Shown: positions 26,056-39,149, numbered from the stretch's first letter. The stretch: DNA of 64,000 nt from Lama glama (GCA_028534125.1 CM052816.1:6078001-6142000), one strand, 5' to 3'. The notes: generated by a model from the sequence alone, not told the origin. Program-made: numbers and translations.

Positions 26056-26258
26056 TTTTTTTATTTTTTAATTGAAGTATAGTCAGTACAATGTGTCAGT
26101 TTCTAGTGTACTACACAGTATTCCAGTCATGCATATACATACATACATTTGTTTTCATATTCTTTTTCATTATAGGTTACTACAAGATATTGAACATAGT
26201 TCCCTGTGCTATACAGAAGAAATTTTTTAAAATCTATTTTTACATATAGTGGCTAACA
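26056..26258 (-). mobile_element. Short 3' end of a cetartiodactyl-type L1 nested in ORF1 of the old L1
   Basis: Poly-T then ttgaagtatagtcagtacaatgtgtcagtttctagtgtac...atagttccctgtgctatacag. Confidence 0.85.
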
Positions 26259-28197
26259 CAGGGAGGCCAGAAGGCAGTGAGATAAGATATTCAGAGTACT
26301 GAAAGAAAAAGTCTGTCAACCAAGAATTCTTATCTCTAGCAAAGCTGTCCTTCAAAAATGAAGGAGAAATTAATATACTTCCAGATAAACAAAAACAGAA
26401 TTCATTACCAATAAACCTGGCCTGCACAAAATACTAAAAGAAGTCCTTCAGACCAATATGAAAGGACACTAGATAGTAAGTAGCTTGAATCCACATGTAA
26501 CTACATAGTTAAATATAAGACAGCAAAAATGTCTTATATTTAAAATAGTAAATACTATTTTATTCTAAATAATAAAAAGTATTTGTAACTCTTTTTTCCT
26601 ACATAATTTAAAATAAAAAGACAATTGCATAAAGCAAAAATTATAAATCTGTGTTGATGGGCACCCAGTGTATAAAGATGTAATTTGTGTAACAATTACA
26701 ACATAGAAGAGAGAGAGAGGGTGGAGCTATATAGGAACAATGTGTTGTAAACTATTAAAATTCAGTTGATACTAATATATCAAAGATACACATGTAAGAA
26801 CTCAAGTTATAAAACTCTTAGAAGAAAACATAGTGGTAAATTTTGATAATCTTGGATTAGACAGTGACTTCTTAGATATGATAACAATATAAGAAGAAAC
26901 CACAGAGAAATATAAATGTGTATATATATTATATATATATATATACATATACACATAGTAAGTAGTAGTATATATATTTAAATAAATGCATATATTACAC
27001 ATTGTCAAAGTTAACACTTTTTTGCATCAAGGATGCCACCAAGAAAGTGAAAAAGAAACCTAAGTGGAATAAAACTTCCACACATTATGTATCTGATAGG
27101 GTTTGAGTAATTACAAATAGAGGAATTCTTACAAATCATCAATAAAGACAAATAACCCCAATTGAAAAAATGGATAAAAGATTTGAATAGACAGTTCTCC
27201 AAAGAAGATATATAAATGAAAAGATGCTCAGTATCATTATTTAGTAAGGAAATGCAAATCAAAAGTACAAGGAGATACCATTCATACCCAGTAGGATGGA
27301 TATAACCAAAAAGACAGACAGTAGGAAGTGTTAATGAGGAGGTGGAAAAATTGGAACCCTTATACATTACTGGTGTGAATGTAAAATTGTACAACTACTT
27401 TGGAAAATAGTTTGGCAGTTCCTCAAAAGTTAAACATAGACTTACCATATGACCCAGCAATTGCATTTCTAGGTATATAACCAAGGCAATTGAAAACATA
27501 TGCCATATAAAAATTTGTACATAAATATTTATAGCAAAGTATTCATAATAGCCAAAAATGAACAGCTCCAATGTCCATCAGCTGTTGAATAGATAAACAA
27601 AATGTAACATATTATACAATGGAACATTATGCATCTGTAAACAAGGAACGCAGTACTGATGCATAGAACCATATGGATGAGCCTTGAAAACATTATGCTA
27701 AGTGAAAGAAACTAGAGACAGATGCCACTTATTGTATTATTTCATTTATATGAAAATACTGGAGAGACAGAAAATAAGTTAGTTTCCCAGGGGCTGGAGT
27801 ACGGAGAGGGGAAGGAGGAATGGAGAATGAATGCTAATGAGTATAGGGTTTCTTGTTGGAGAGATGAAAATATTCTGGAACTAGATAGTGATGTTGTACA
27901 ACTTCGTGAATATACTAAAACCCACTGAATTGTGCACTTTAAAAGGATGAATTGTGTGATATGTGGATTACATTTAAAAAAATGTAACTTTCACTATTAT
28001 ACTATTTGTACAGGTCCAGGAAAGGGATTTCCCTTAACCTATTCACTGAGGTGGACTGATTCTTCATGGAATAGTCAACAAAATAGTGTGGAGATGGATA
28101 AATCTGGTTCATATAGTTTATAAATGAAGAATTTGAATGTTATAATCAGATTAATATGGAAATTGGGTATCCTGGGTTCTTTTTAGCTCAGCCATCA

Positions 28198-28345
28198 TTA
28201 GGGCATGGTAAACAGATTTAAAATTTCATGCTAATTTTAATTGGAAGTGGCTGCCGAGATTGTTGTGTTGAAAAGGATTCTGAGGTTCAGTTCAGGCTTT
28301 ACAGGGAATGGGTGGTAATTGCCATGGGATAGTGTTGGCACACAT
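28198..28345. mobile_element. hAT-Charlie fragment (MER112-like)
   Basis: gtggctgcc...tgtgttgaaaaggattctgagg motif. Confidence 0.5.
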
Positions 28346-29184
28346 ATCATAGTATTACTGCTTCCGTAAGTCATTTTGTAACTTGGGACAGATGTCTTCA
28401 AAATACATGTTAGACAGATTCTCAGAGAGCTGTGTTGAGTGATCTTTAAGCACCGCTTAGTTTTTTTTAAAGCTTTGTGATTATATGATGTAATGATTCA
28501 ATTCCACTTTGAAATACATGATGTATACAATTTAAAAAAGGATTTTAAAAATAAGCAATGTGAGTAGCAAGCAGGCACAGTCTGAAATATTTGAGCTGGA
28601 GGAGTATATAAATAGCTGTGGTCCATGATCTTGCCTTGTTCTTTTCTAAATACAGTGCTTCTCAGTGCTAGCATTTAATTATGCACTGTACTTGGATAAA
28701 AATGGGCATTAGGAAAGATTAGCTTTTATGATGGATATGTGGGGTCCTAAATATGGCTTAAATCTTTGCTAATGCAATTGGAAGACTAACAACCCACAGA
28801 TGAATGCTCATTTCTTATGAAAGTGTGTTGGGATATATTTGCTCTTGTATTATTTGAAGACAGATCTACATGCAGTCAGTACAAACTTTAGCACATGACA
28901 AGATGGATGCTGTAGGCGTCTAAGAGGTCTCTATTTCTAGACCGAAATGTTCCATAAATCATTCCAACTCACTCACCTTGCCCCTGTCTTACCAGAGATT
29001 ATACTCTGTTCCAGTGATAGCTTAGAATGGCAACTTTCAAGCTTTCTTCTCCCTCAATATATGGAGCATATAATATTCAAATGAGTGACACACTTCCATT
29101 GGGGCATGCACAGATTTCCATGGGGATAGATTTCAGTACAAACCTCTCCCCTCTCACTCAAGAATAATGACAATGATGATAATG

Positions 29185-29440
29185 ACAACACTTACTAATA
29201 TCTATGTAGCACGCTATTGTTCAGAAGTTTGTATATATTAGTGTATTTAATTCAGAACATCCCTATGAGATAGTATTCATTATTGTTATTCAAAATTCTA
29301 CGATGAGGTACAACTGAGGCACAGAGAGGTTAAAGAACTTACCCAAGATCACACATCTAATAGGTAGCAGCTCTAAGATTCAAATCCATGCTATCTGTTC
29401 AGGTGACCATCTTTCTAACCAGTTGACTCTACTGCCTCCT
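29185..29440 (-). mobile_element. MIR SINE
   Basis: gatgaggtacaactgaggcacagagaggttaaagaacttacccaagatcacacatcta. Confidence 0.85.
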
Positions 29441-29949
29441 AGATGTGTGCTAATGAGAGGGCTGTTACCATAAGGTGACTATAAATCCAGCTTGGTGCAT
29501 GGAAAAGGAAGTAATTTATAAACTATAGTAGTCTATCTACTGACAGCAATGAATTATTAGAAATGGGTCTTGGAAACTACCTTACAGAGGACTGTGACTG
29601 CAGTGTGTCGCAATATTGTGGTTCACAGACCATGGCCTTGAGTATTCATTTACAGTCTCTGTCCTGTGAACCCAGTACTCATCTGCCTAACCAGTATTTC
29701 TTCTTTTTGTGTAGCATTCTCCACCCATTCCCATTTCTTGTATCACTGAGCCCTGTAATGGATGTTCTTACTGTGGACCCACTGTGCTTTTGACTATTCC
29801 CTTTTGTTCCAGAGATCTTATCCCTGATCAGCTTATCATATTAATGTATAGGGTGTGCTTATCCCACTACCAGAAAAGAATTTCTGTTCATTCTGCACTA
29901 CTCCAGACACAACAGGAATATCACATCCAGCTAAAAAGCAGAGGTTATG

Positions 29950-30460
29950 TCTTCTTTCCTTTGTCTATAAGTCACGTTTGTTTTAGAGTTACCTGTCCCT
30001 CCCTCCCTCTCATAAGCCTCCTTCCAGTGTGCTCCTAGCCCCAGGGGTATAGACATGATTCACTGGGGCATAAGAAAATGTTCTCTGTTACAGTGTTCTG
30101 GGGATAGGAACATGATCTAAGTAAGTAAGACCAGTTGCAATTCTCCCGTGAGATTTTAACTGAAATTGGTGGGAAAGAACTTTCTTTGGTCTCTAGCTAC
30201 ATAACTCTGAGTATAAAAGCTACATAGAAATGATCATGAATTTCTGGGGATGTCAGATTTTAAGATGAAGCCAAAGGGGGGATAAAAAGCAGAAGAGAGT
30301 GAGAAAGAGCCCTTGTGTCATCCAAGTGCCCCGCTCCAGCTGTCTCTTTCTCTTCCCTTCTGGAAATTGGATTACATGAGACAACGTATCCCCCTTCTTT
30401 GGCATAAACTGGTTGAATTTGGGTTTCTGTCACTTTCGACAAAGAGATTTAACTAATACA
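29950..30460 (+). mobile_element. Old ERVL/MaLR solo LTR (MLT1K- or LTR33-like)
   Basis: 3' terminus aaactggttgaatttgggtttctgtcactttcgacaaagagatttaactaataca. Confidence 0.65.
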
Positions 30461-30609
30461 AACGGACATGAGAAAGGATATTGACATCTAGGAATAGTCC
30501 TGTCACGGAGCAGAAAAAGCAGAAAACTCGACCACGCAAAGGAAGACTGCAAGACACTTAATCAGAAGAGATTTGGAGTAGCTGTCTTTAAATATTAAAA
30601 AGGCTGAGT

Positions 30610-31142
30610 ACTAGATACCTGTAACTGTGTAACAGTTCAGAGCTCAGCAGCTGAAACCAGTCCCTGTGTGTTACCTTCCACAGTTTCTGAGGGTCAGGAA
30701 TCTGGGCGCAGCATAACTGGGTGTTTCTGCCTCAGCGTCTTCCATGAAGTTGCAGTTAAAATGTTGGCAGTGACCGCAGTCATCTGAAGGCTTGGCTGGC
30801 AATGGAAGATCCACTTCCCAAACAGCTCACCCAGAAGGCTTTTGGCAGGGGATTCAGTGCTTCGCCGTGTCGACCTCTCTGTAGGGTTTCCTAAGTGTCC
30901 TCACGACCTGGCAGCTGGTTTTCCCCAGAGTGAGTAATCCAAGAGAAAAAGGCAGAAACTGCAGTGTCTTTTATGACCTAGTCTTGAAAGTGACATTCTG
31001 CCATTTCCGTACTGTTTCGTTAGATACGTAACTCAACCCTGTTTATTCAATGTGGGAGGAGACTACACAACGGTGTGAACACACTTTATTGATTATGAGG
31101 CAGGGGTCATGGAGGGGGTCATCTTGGAGGGTGGATCCCACA
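30610..31142 (-). mobile_element. MaLR solo LTR (MLT1F/G-like)
   Basis: cacagtttctgagggtcaggaatctggg, cagtcatctgaaggcttggctgg, ccccagagtgagtaatccaagaga, ggtcatcttggagggtggatcccaca. Confidence 0.85.
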
Positions 31143-31539
31143 GGTCATCACTTGGAATAGACTTTGAAGATATTTTGTATAGATTCAGAAGAGAAATTGG
31201 CCACCAATGGAAGATTCCAATGGATTCTGACTCCGTAAAAATAAAGTCAGCATTGTAGAGGGGTGACCCTGAAGCAGAACAAAACGAAAATGAAGACAAA
31301 AACAGAAACTCCCACTACGTCTGAATGGAATGTGTTCCCTAACATGGAAAGGAACAGCAGAGGTCACTATTTTAAGTGAGATTAAAGAAAGGAGCTTGAC
31401 TTTACATGAGTTACAAAAGACAGGGTGTAGTAGTAGATGACTTCTGAGATTTCTTTTATTCTCAAAATTTTATGATGTGACAGTAGTCCACAGATAGATC
31501 TTTCTTCATTTAACTCTGAAAACACCTTTTATCAGATGT

Positions 31540-31932
31540 TGTGAAACCCTGCCCATATCCCCTTGGTCTACCCTGGGGGTTACTGGTAGACAGTTTCTGT
31601 GTATGATTTTTATATCTCTCTTTCTGCAGTTGTTTTCTGGCTAAGAAAACCCCTTAACCAGTGAAAGGCAGGAGTTATATGATAGCTATCGTATCACTAT
31701 ATGATAAGTGCCACAGCTTCCCCGCCCTTCTGGTGGGGTAACTCTAAGCCATCATGTCCCCAAGATCCCCCTGTGATAACCCTGTAGGTAACACATCGAT
31801 TACTGACTTGTATCACTTCCATCTATTACTCCCTCACTCCGTATAGTGTTTCCTGGAATCACCAACAAATTAAGCTATTCATGTCCAAATGCTTCTTTCA
31901 AGTCTCTTTTTGGGGGAACTTAAACGGAAAGA
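31540..31932 (+). mobile_element. ERVL solo LTR (LTR16-like)
   Basis: tgtgaaaccctgcccatatcccc...gtttcctggaatcacc...aagtctcttttgggggaacttaaac. Confidence 0.65.
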
Positions 31933-32266
31933 TCCCTCTATTCCGATCTTACAACTGAGCACTCTATTTCGTAGTTCTGGTTATTTTGATATAAATGCAC
32001 TCAATATATAAGCCTCCTACTCTTGAGCAACATATTTTATGTTTTTTGTTTTCTCACACCCCAGTTATAGGCTCCATCTCACACGTAGACCAGAGAAGAA
32101 ATCCCAGTGTGGTTGGTAGCTCAGACACAGCGTGCTGGCACTGGATTAAAAATCAGAAGACTAGGTGTCTCGTAATTCTGTTTCTCTCTAGCCTGTGATC
32201 TTCTGCAAGTCACTTGCCCTCCCTGGGCAACAGTCTGCTCACATTTAACTAAAGGTTGGTCTAAAT

Positions 32267-32456
32267 CAGTGGTCCTTAAACATTTTGAGCCCTTTAAAAA
32301 CACCAGTACAAGTTTTATGCTCTCTTCCCTAGGGAAAAATGAATGCACATGAACATAAATGAATCTGTGCCTACTTTCTGATTATTAATGAAGCCACTGA
32401 AGCCTGTCCCTGGCCTCTAGGTAGAGCTCTGTGGACCCCAGGTTATAATCTTTTGG
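32267..32456. mobile_element. Small hAT-Charlie element inserted in a MIR (~32110-32500)
   Basis: cagtggtccttaaac...tgtggaccccaggttataatcttttg terminal motifs flanked by ggtctaaa/ggtctaga. Confidence 0.55.
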
Positions 32457-34399
32457 TCTAGACGCTGAAACTTCTCTATAAATTTCAACACTTATGAGTC
32501 AATGAGTAATTGATTAAAGAGATAATGATTTCTTCTAGACTGAGATTTCTCAATAAAGCAACCTTCCAGCTAAAATCCAGCTGCTTTATTAAACCTGACA
32601 TTAGATTCAATATCCAATCTATTAGAAATTCATGTTTGTTCTCCCAGATACTGTAGCTTCTCTGGGGAAAAAAAAATAGTCATCACTGCCGAGAGACACA
32701 AGAAAGAGTATCTCTCAGACCAAATCCATATCAACAGTTGGTATTTTTCTTAAGCTGATGGACTACTTCCAGAAGTCATGTGATTTCCTAAAATAAACTT
32801 CTTCACCTGACCAGACTGCTGAAAGGGAAGAGCAGGGCAGGAAATTCAATCCTACTTCTCAGGAGTAGAAATAATGTCTGTACCACTTCGACAGAGTCTG
32901 GCTGAAGTCTCCTCTCTGCTGTCACAAAGGAAAACGATCTTAAATCAGGACCTAGAAGAGTATAGGAGGGAAAAACGTTTCAGGCCATACACAGTACCCC
33001 ATTTCATGCACCACATTGCTTTCTCCACAATCAGCTGCCTCTTTTCTGTTGTGCCCCCAGAAGAAATATCAATCCAAATTCTTATGGAACTGACCCATAG
33101 AACTTCAGAGGATCAGCCTAGTTTTGGATGTTCAGAGAGATCGTCAGCTACAGCATCCAGCTATGGGTCCTTTGTGTTTCATCCGGTTAGAAGGCTTCCA
33201 TGATTGCTACTCATCTAAAGCAGCGTCTGAATATTTAGTCTGACTTGACTGAAAACTAAACAGGCTTGCAATTATGGAAGCAGAGATGAGGTAGTAATTG
33301 TTACTAGCCAGTTGTTTTTAAATAATTGGCTTATTTCCATCAAGGAACGGGGATTTCAGCATGCAACATTGGCTTAAACTTTTAAAATAACCGGATGTCA
33401 ACTTGTTTGGCTTAACTGCTTCAACTGGGGACAATAAACATAGGATCAGTGTAGCACAGAGGTTCTGAGCATGAATTTAAGAAACAGGTAAACTTGAAGT
33501 CAAATGCTCAGTTTACATGTATCAACCAAGTGACACTGTGTAAGTTCCCTAACATCTGTGAGTCTCAGTTTTCACACCTGGGAGTGCTTTTCTCCTTGCA
33601 GCTTTGTGGAAGGATTTAAATGCATGCAAAAACATCCTCACCAGTGCCTGGAGCACAACAAACACTCAAAGAGTAAATGTTGTTGTCTTTATTTAAAATA
33701 CGCAGTAATTTTAATCTTATTATTTGTGTTTTTTTCATATAGTAAAAAACGTTCCCAAGAATGAGCTGTAGCAAAGTGCTTGTCTCCGCTTGGGCAAAGT
33801 TCTAGCTCTGGTTGGAAGGTGCAGGGGCTCAGCTGGTCCAGACAGGCTGAGCGTGCTGTGCGGAGAGCAGGGACGAGCAGAAGACAGGAACAGGTGTTGG
33901 CAGCTACTCTGTCACAGTGAAGAAGTACCCAGTCACGCAGTGCGCAGCTAGGGGAACTTAAAGGAACCCTGAAAAACAGAAACACAGAACTAGAACAATA
34001 CCAGGAGGAGACAGCTCTGTTCCACTGAGCCCTTTCTCAAGCACAGAGGACGTCAGCTTTAAATATAGAGCTGGTAGACCCCTCTCACCAGTGGGATCCT
34101 AGGTAAGAACTGGGAATGGGAGATCTTAGCATGAGACTGTGTGATAGTCATCTATTTAAGAGGTCTAATGTGAGACTTCTGAGTTGAGCCCGTTGCTGCT
34201 TTATCTGTGAAATCTACTGTCCTGCACCACTCCACCCCGAGTTTCTTACTTTCCCTTCTCTGCTCAGATAGCATTTTATACCTCTCCATCGACCACTCAT
34301 CCCAGTGGATTTAAAGGTGTCTTTACACAGACATCTCCCTTAGACAGTAAATGATTGGATAAGCAGTCATGCTTGTTTTACTCACCTCCTCTTGACCCA

Positions 34400-34830
34400 A
34401 CAGTGAGGGAAGGATTCCCACCTTAGGGTTGCAGGGATGACGGAACACATGCCACCTGACACTGGAGACGTGAAATTGATACTTTATTTGTCACATCTAT
34501 TCACAGTATGGCGAAGGCAGCTGCACACCATGCGGGCCACACGGGGGTCATGCTCGGGAGCAGAGTGAACACACAGGGACTGTGGGAGGCAGGTTTTGTA
34601 GTATTAAGATGGGGAGATGCCCCTTGATTTCCATGAGACGATGTGGTTCCTTGCTTGAATAGTTCTGTGCACTAGCAAGGAACTGAAACTTGCTACTCAG
34701 GGATAATCCAGAATGGTGCCTGGTCCCCTTGACAGGGAGGGTTGTTTGGCTGGGGAGCCTTAATTGTGGGAGGAGATGAGGATAATTTCTGGTTGGGCCA
34801 TTTGAGGCCCTCCTGCAGAGGGGTTTGGGT
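34400..34830 (-). mobile_element. ERVL LTR (MER76-like)
   Basis: gggccacacggggg...ctcgggagcagagtgaac...ctgtgggaggcagg...ggaactgaaacttgctactcagggataa...ggccatttgaggccctcc. Confidence 0.7.
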
Positions 34831-34929
34831 ACTGTGGCTGGCTGAGGGGTGACCAGGAGCACCAGTAAAGAGAGGCAGCTCCAGGAGAGCAAAACCTGGC
34901 AGTAATAGCCCTAGGCCAATGTTCCACAG

Positions 34930-35110
34930 AACAGGCTCTCCAACACCTGCCTCCCAATCGCCTGGGATCCTGTTAGAAATGCAGAGCCCTGGTTGCCTTA
35001 ACAATCCTGCTAAGTCAGATTCTCTTGGGAGTTATGCAGGGTTGGGAATTCAGTTGTAGAGAATTAGTATTTTATTAAGCTCCCCAGATGATTCTTTTGC
35101 ACACTGGGCA
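34930..35110. mobile_element. MER5-like hAT-Charlie
   Basis: aatcgcctgggatcctgttagaaatgcag...aagctccccagatgattct. Confidence 0.6.
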
Positions 35111-35399
35111 ATTGCCATTGCCCTGGGCAAATCCTGGGGGTGGAAAATATGTCCTAAGCATATCCAGGAGGTGAACAGTTTCACCTAGGGCTCTACCTAC
35201 TCCCCTGCAAAAGTAGAGTTGACTTAGAGATCTCAGTACTGTGTACTATGTGATAATAACCACATGGGCTTTGTGGTTTTTTACCACCGTGTCCTCCATA
35301 GCCCATTCCATCCTTCATTCCTCCCCCCACTTCCTTCTTTTCTTCCTTCCTTCCCTCCCCATTGTTCCTCATTGCTTCCCTGTTTTTTCATTCTTTCCT

Positions 35400-35850
35400 T
35401 CTCTTCATTCTCTAGACATTTAGTAACATCCACAGTGTGCAGGTATTGTGCTAACTAATATGAGAGTTACAGAGATGTCATTTATATTAGTTCCTGCCTT
35501 CTAGGAACTTACAGTCTACATAAGGAGATAACACTAAAACATCAACAAATAGGATTGGAGGCAAACTATTCTCTGAGCCCCAAGGGAAATGTATGGTGAG
35601 CATTTAGAGAATAAAAGAATCCCATCTTCCTGAACAAGGTAAGTGTAGAATCAGGAAAGGCATCCTGAAAGAGGGACACTTGGTAGAACTCTTAAATACA
35701 GGCAGAATTTGGTTATGGGGAAGGAGGCATCCAGAGTGGGAGAAATAAAGGCAGAGAACATGGAGAGTTGGGGCCGAGGAGGACCGATTCTGCTTGGCTG
35801 TAGGAGCAGTGTTGAGGGGAGGTAGTGGAGCCTTGGGTGAAAAAGGTTGA
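35400..35850 (-). mobile_element. L2 3' region
   Basis: gacatttagtaacatcc...ttcctgccttctaggaacttacagtcta...tcaggaaaggcatcctgaaagagg. Confidence 0.65.
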
Positions 35851-36900
35851 CCCTTCTAAACACTCCTCAGGATTCAAGGAGAATTTGTTTTATGCATTGT
35901 CCTAAAATGTTCTAGAGCTTTTTTTTTTTAATAGTACTCCACTAAAAAGGAAAAAAAAGTATAGAAAAGCTGCCTGATACTTTTTAATCTGTGGTAGAGA
36001 GATTGTGCTGTACTGAGTTTTAGCCAATAAAAAAAAATGGTTTGAGGAAAGAGTAGCAATGACATTTACATTAGTTGTAGCTAATGTGCATTGATGGAAT
36101 TAAAATATGACATTATGAATTTGAAAAAAAGGTGTCTGTTAGAAAGTGAAATGCCATTGCTTTCAGGGAGAAGAGAAATAAAGTAAGCAGTCTGGATTCT
36201 GTTTTGCCTGAATGTTCTAGGTTTAGTGGGAATAGGGTCATTGATTTAAGCTCTTTCCTTAAAATGCATTAATAAAACACAATTTTAAAGTTAAGTAGAA
36301 ACCATTTGGGACTTTTTTTCCCAAGGATGTATTATTTGTACATGCATAATGCATATACCCTCAGTGTCCACCTCAGTTAGTTTTAAAAGCACAGTTTCTA
36401 TGTAAAACAATTTATCCATTGCGTTGTGCAATTGAAAAATGTCTGCTTGTTTGTACAAGGAGCCAGGTTCTGTGAATCAATGCAGGTAATAAATTACAGT
36501 CACTGTCACTTTCAAAGCCACAAGGCATGGTCTCAGCCTATGCCAGGGATGCCACTAAACTGAGTGGCTCTGTCCTGGGCCTGTCTGTTGGCTGGTTAAA
36601 GAACCCCAGGTGTTGCAGGGGACTGAGAGTTCTTCTGTTGGTGGACTCAGGGTGCTGTAGGGCAGCTGCCAAATTCTGGGCTTGTAGTTTGAAATTGTCA
36701 GAAAAACAAGAAAAAAAAAATCCTGATCATAAAGATCCTGCTATCAGGTGAAAAATACACATGTTCTCTAGACTAGGTAAACATTTTCTTGAGCTGAAGA
36801 CTCAGATAAACGTAAACGTTAAAAAGGGAGCCTGCTTAAATGTTTCTTCTTCTCCCTAATTATGTAAATACATATTACTCACTCCCTTTTTTCTTCCAAG

Positions 36901-36927
36901 CTGCTGGCAGCTCGTACACTTGAAAAG
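36901..36927 (+). CDS. Candidate 27-nt microexon (LLAARTLEK if phase 0) of an unidentified host gene
   Basis: tactcactccctttttcttccaAG|ctgctggcagctcgtacacttgaaaag|GTATGT: branch-point-like ctcac, clean pyrimidine tract, strong donor, 3n length, repeat-free flanks. Confidence 0.6.
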
Positions 36928-37191
36928 GTATGTTTTATTCAAGAGAACAAAACAGGCAGGGACATAAGACTTTGGTGAATAATAAATTGATTTTGACTTG
37001 GCCTTTTAGCTCATTATGAATCTTTAAAATGGTGAAATGTGTTTCTTTTCCCTCTCTGCTGAACTCCTCAGTCATCTGCTGAGATGATGGGGTTCAAGCT
37101 AGGAGGTTTAATATCCAGAAGGGAAAGCTGGGATTGAAAGGAAATCTTGAGCTTGGATTCGAAGGAGATAATGTTGTGTTTCTATCCACCA

Positions 37192-37290
37192 TTCATTTCA
37201 TTCATCCTTCCATCCTTCCTTCCTTCCTTCCTTCCTTCCTTCCTTCCTTCCTTCCTTCCTTCCATCCATCCATCCATCCATCCAATCATC
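37192..37290. repeat. Compound (CTTC)n/(CATC)n microsatellite
   Basis: Directly visible tetranucleotide arrays. Confidence 0.95.
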
Positions 37291-37309
37291 TGCTCATTTG
37301 TCGTTTCTC

Positions 37310-37555
37310 TGTAACAGTTAAGATCATTGCCATTGGCTCTGGGGGCAGCCAGACAGAATTCAAAACGTAGCTCTGCCAGTTAAGATCAGTGTGATACTGA
37401 GAAACTCCTTGAAGACTCAGTGTCCTGACCTCTAAAATGGATAACATTAATATCTGCACTTCAGATTGTGAGGAATAAATTAGACATGTAGATAAAGAAT
37501 TTACTTAAACTTTGTGCAGTGATTGGCTAGTACACTTTCAGTAAATGGTTATTTT
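37310..37555 (+). mobile_element. MIR SINE
   Basis: ggctctgggggcagccagac...ctctgccagtt...ctcagtgtcctgacctctaaaatgg. Confidence 0.7.
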
Positions 37556-38669
37556 AACTCAATTGATGTGTGGCACACACTGGACTGAATATAACAGGAA
37601 TCTCATGTAGAGCTGCCACTCAAGAGTTTTATAGTTTAGTATGGAAGATAAGATGTGTACCCATGCGACTTTAGAGTAAGGCCGGGAATGATGAGATTGA
37701 TAAATTATCAGACGTAGGACTCTGTTAGTTCAAAAGGGGTCAACTTTCCAGCTGTGGGGAGAAGATGAGGCTCTGGGGTAGGGGTGTTATGGAGCTGTAT
37801 TTAGAGGATATGCAGGGTCTGTAACAAAAGAGGTTAGCAGAGGAAGGATTCTATCACATACTGTCTACCTATCATGAAGCTGCTCCTCTAGTGGAACTCC
37901 ACTTACATTATTTCCCTTAATCCTCCTTACAATGTGTACCATGATTGGCTGTCCTAGAGTGATTGACATTATTATGCCATCTTGTTGCAGCTTACAGAAG
38001 CAGAATGACATACTCAGGTTCACACAAACATGTTTAAAACCTAGTTACCTCGATGATACGAAGACAGTCACAGCATCCTCCTTGAAGAATGGCTATGATG
38101 ATTAGATGAAATAATACCTCAGAGTGTCTAGCAAAATGTGAATGCACACATAGTAGTTGGAATATTGTTTGGGGGATGAAGCTGATAAATAATGATCATT
38201 ATGAAGCAGTTAATGATGTGGTGGAGGTCACAAATCTGATTCAAGTTTGAATTTGAACAGTATATTCTTTTCATGGAGAAAACTAGGAAGAGATTAGTTG
38301 AAAGTGGAGAAAATGAAGAAGAAATTGGTTGAGGTCATGATTTCATATATCAGTGGAGGGAATACGTTTTATTACAGGGGATGCCCAGACCTAGTTTGGG
38401 AAGAGGGTTTTCTCATGGAATCCCAAATTGTCAGCAATAGGAACTACCTCAGAAATTGTCCAATGTTATAATTTTCAGATAGGGATTTGAGGTTCAGAGT
38501 AGTTAAGTCACTTTCCCAAGGTGACACAGCTTGTAGGGCAGATCTTGGTTAAGGCTGTAGCCTTGAGTTCTAAACCTACAGAGAAGCTTTTCCTAAATTA
38601 TAGATGGTTGTGTTCCCTTAAAGTCTAGCTTAGCCTTCACCCCGTCTCCCCACTAATTGTTTCTCTAAC

Positions 38670-38992
38670 ACACTGTTGTCCAACAGGAGTACAATCCAAA
38701 TGTGAGCCACATAGGTAATTTAAAAATCTTTCAGTAGCCATATTCTAAAAAGTAAAGAATAATAGGTGAAATTTATTTTAGTCATACATGTTTCTTAGCC
38801 CAATATATACAAAATATTATCAGTATATCAAAATAAAATACTGCAGTTAGGTAAATATTTTACATGTCTTCATGCTAAGTCTTCAAAATCTGGTGCATGT
38901 GTTATAATTGTAGCACATCTCAGCTTGGACTGGCACCATTCCAAGTGCTTAGTAGCCACACGTGACTGACTGATCAGCTGCGTGGCACAGCT
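38670..38992. mobile_element. MER33-like hAT-Charlie
   Basis: tgtccaacag...gtgagccacataggtaatttaaaa...tagcacatctcagcttggact...caagtgcttagtagccacacgtg. Confidence 0.8.
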
Positions 38993-39149
38993 CTCTCACA
39001 CATCTCACTGCTCTAACAGACATGTCTCACAGCTGTCACTGCCACCACCTTCACCACCACCATCATCCCCCCCTCACAGCTCTCATAGACATTCAGTGAT
39101 CCCCATGACGGGGCTGTCACTCTGTGGACACTTCTGGTCTTTAGAAAGC

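Larger units (their letters stand above)
24990..27985 (+). mobile_element. Ancient L1 (L1MB/MC-like): degenerate ORF1, inter-ORF region, ORF2 tail and 3' UTR; most of ORF2 absent
   Basis: ORF1 remnant CQPRIL/AKLSFKNEGEINILPDKQK (~26314-26396); ORF2 tail from ~26778 (tataaaactcttagaagaaaacatag); 3' UTR gagatgaaaatattctggaactagatagtg...ctgaattgtgcactttaaaagg. Confidence 0.85.

Noticed and set aside
26890..27000. AT-rich (TA)n tract (also 18355-18495)
   Set aside because: Low-complexity expansions inside repeats with no further structure.
37192..37290. Short tandem arrays as a possible CRISPR-like structure
   Set aside because: Simple microsatellites without spacers; the DNA is mammalian and has no cas-like ORFs.
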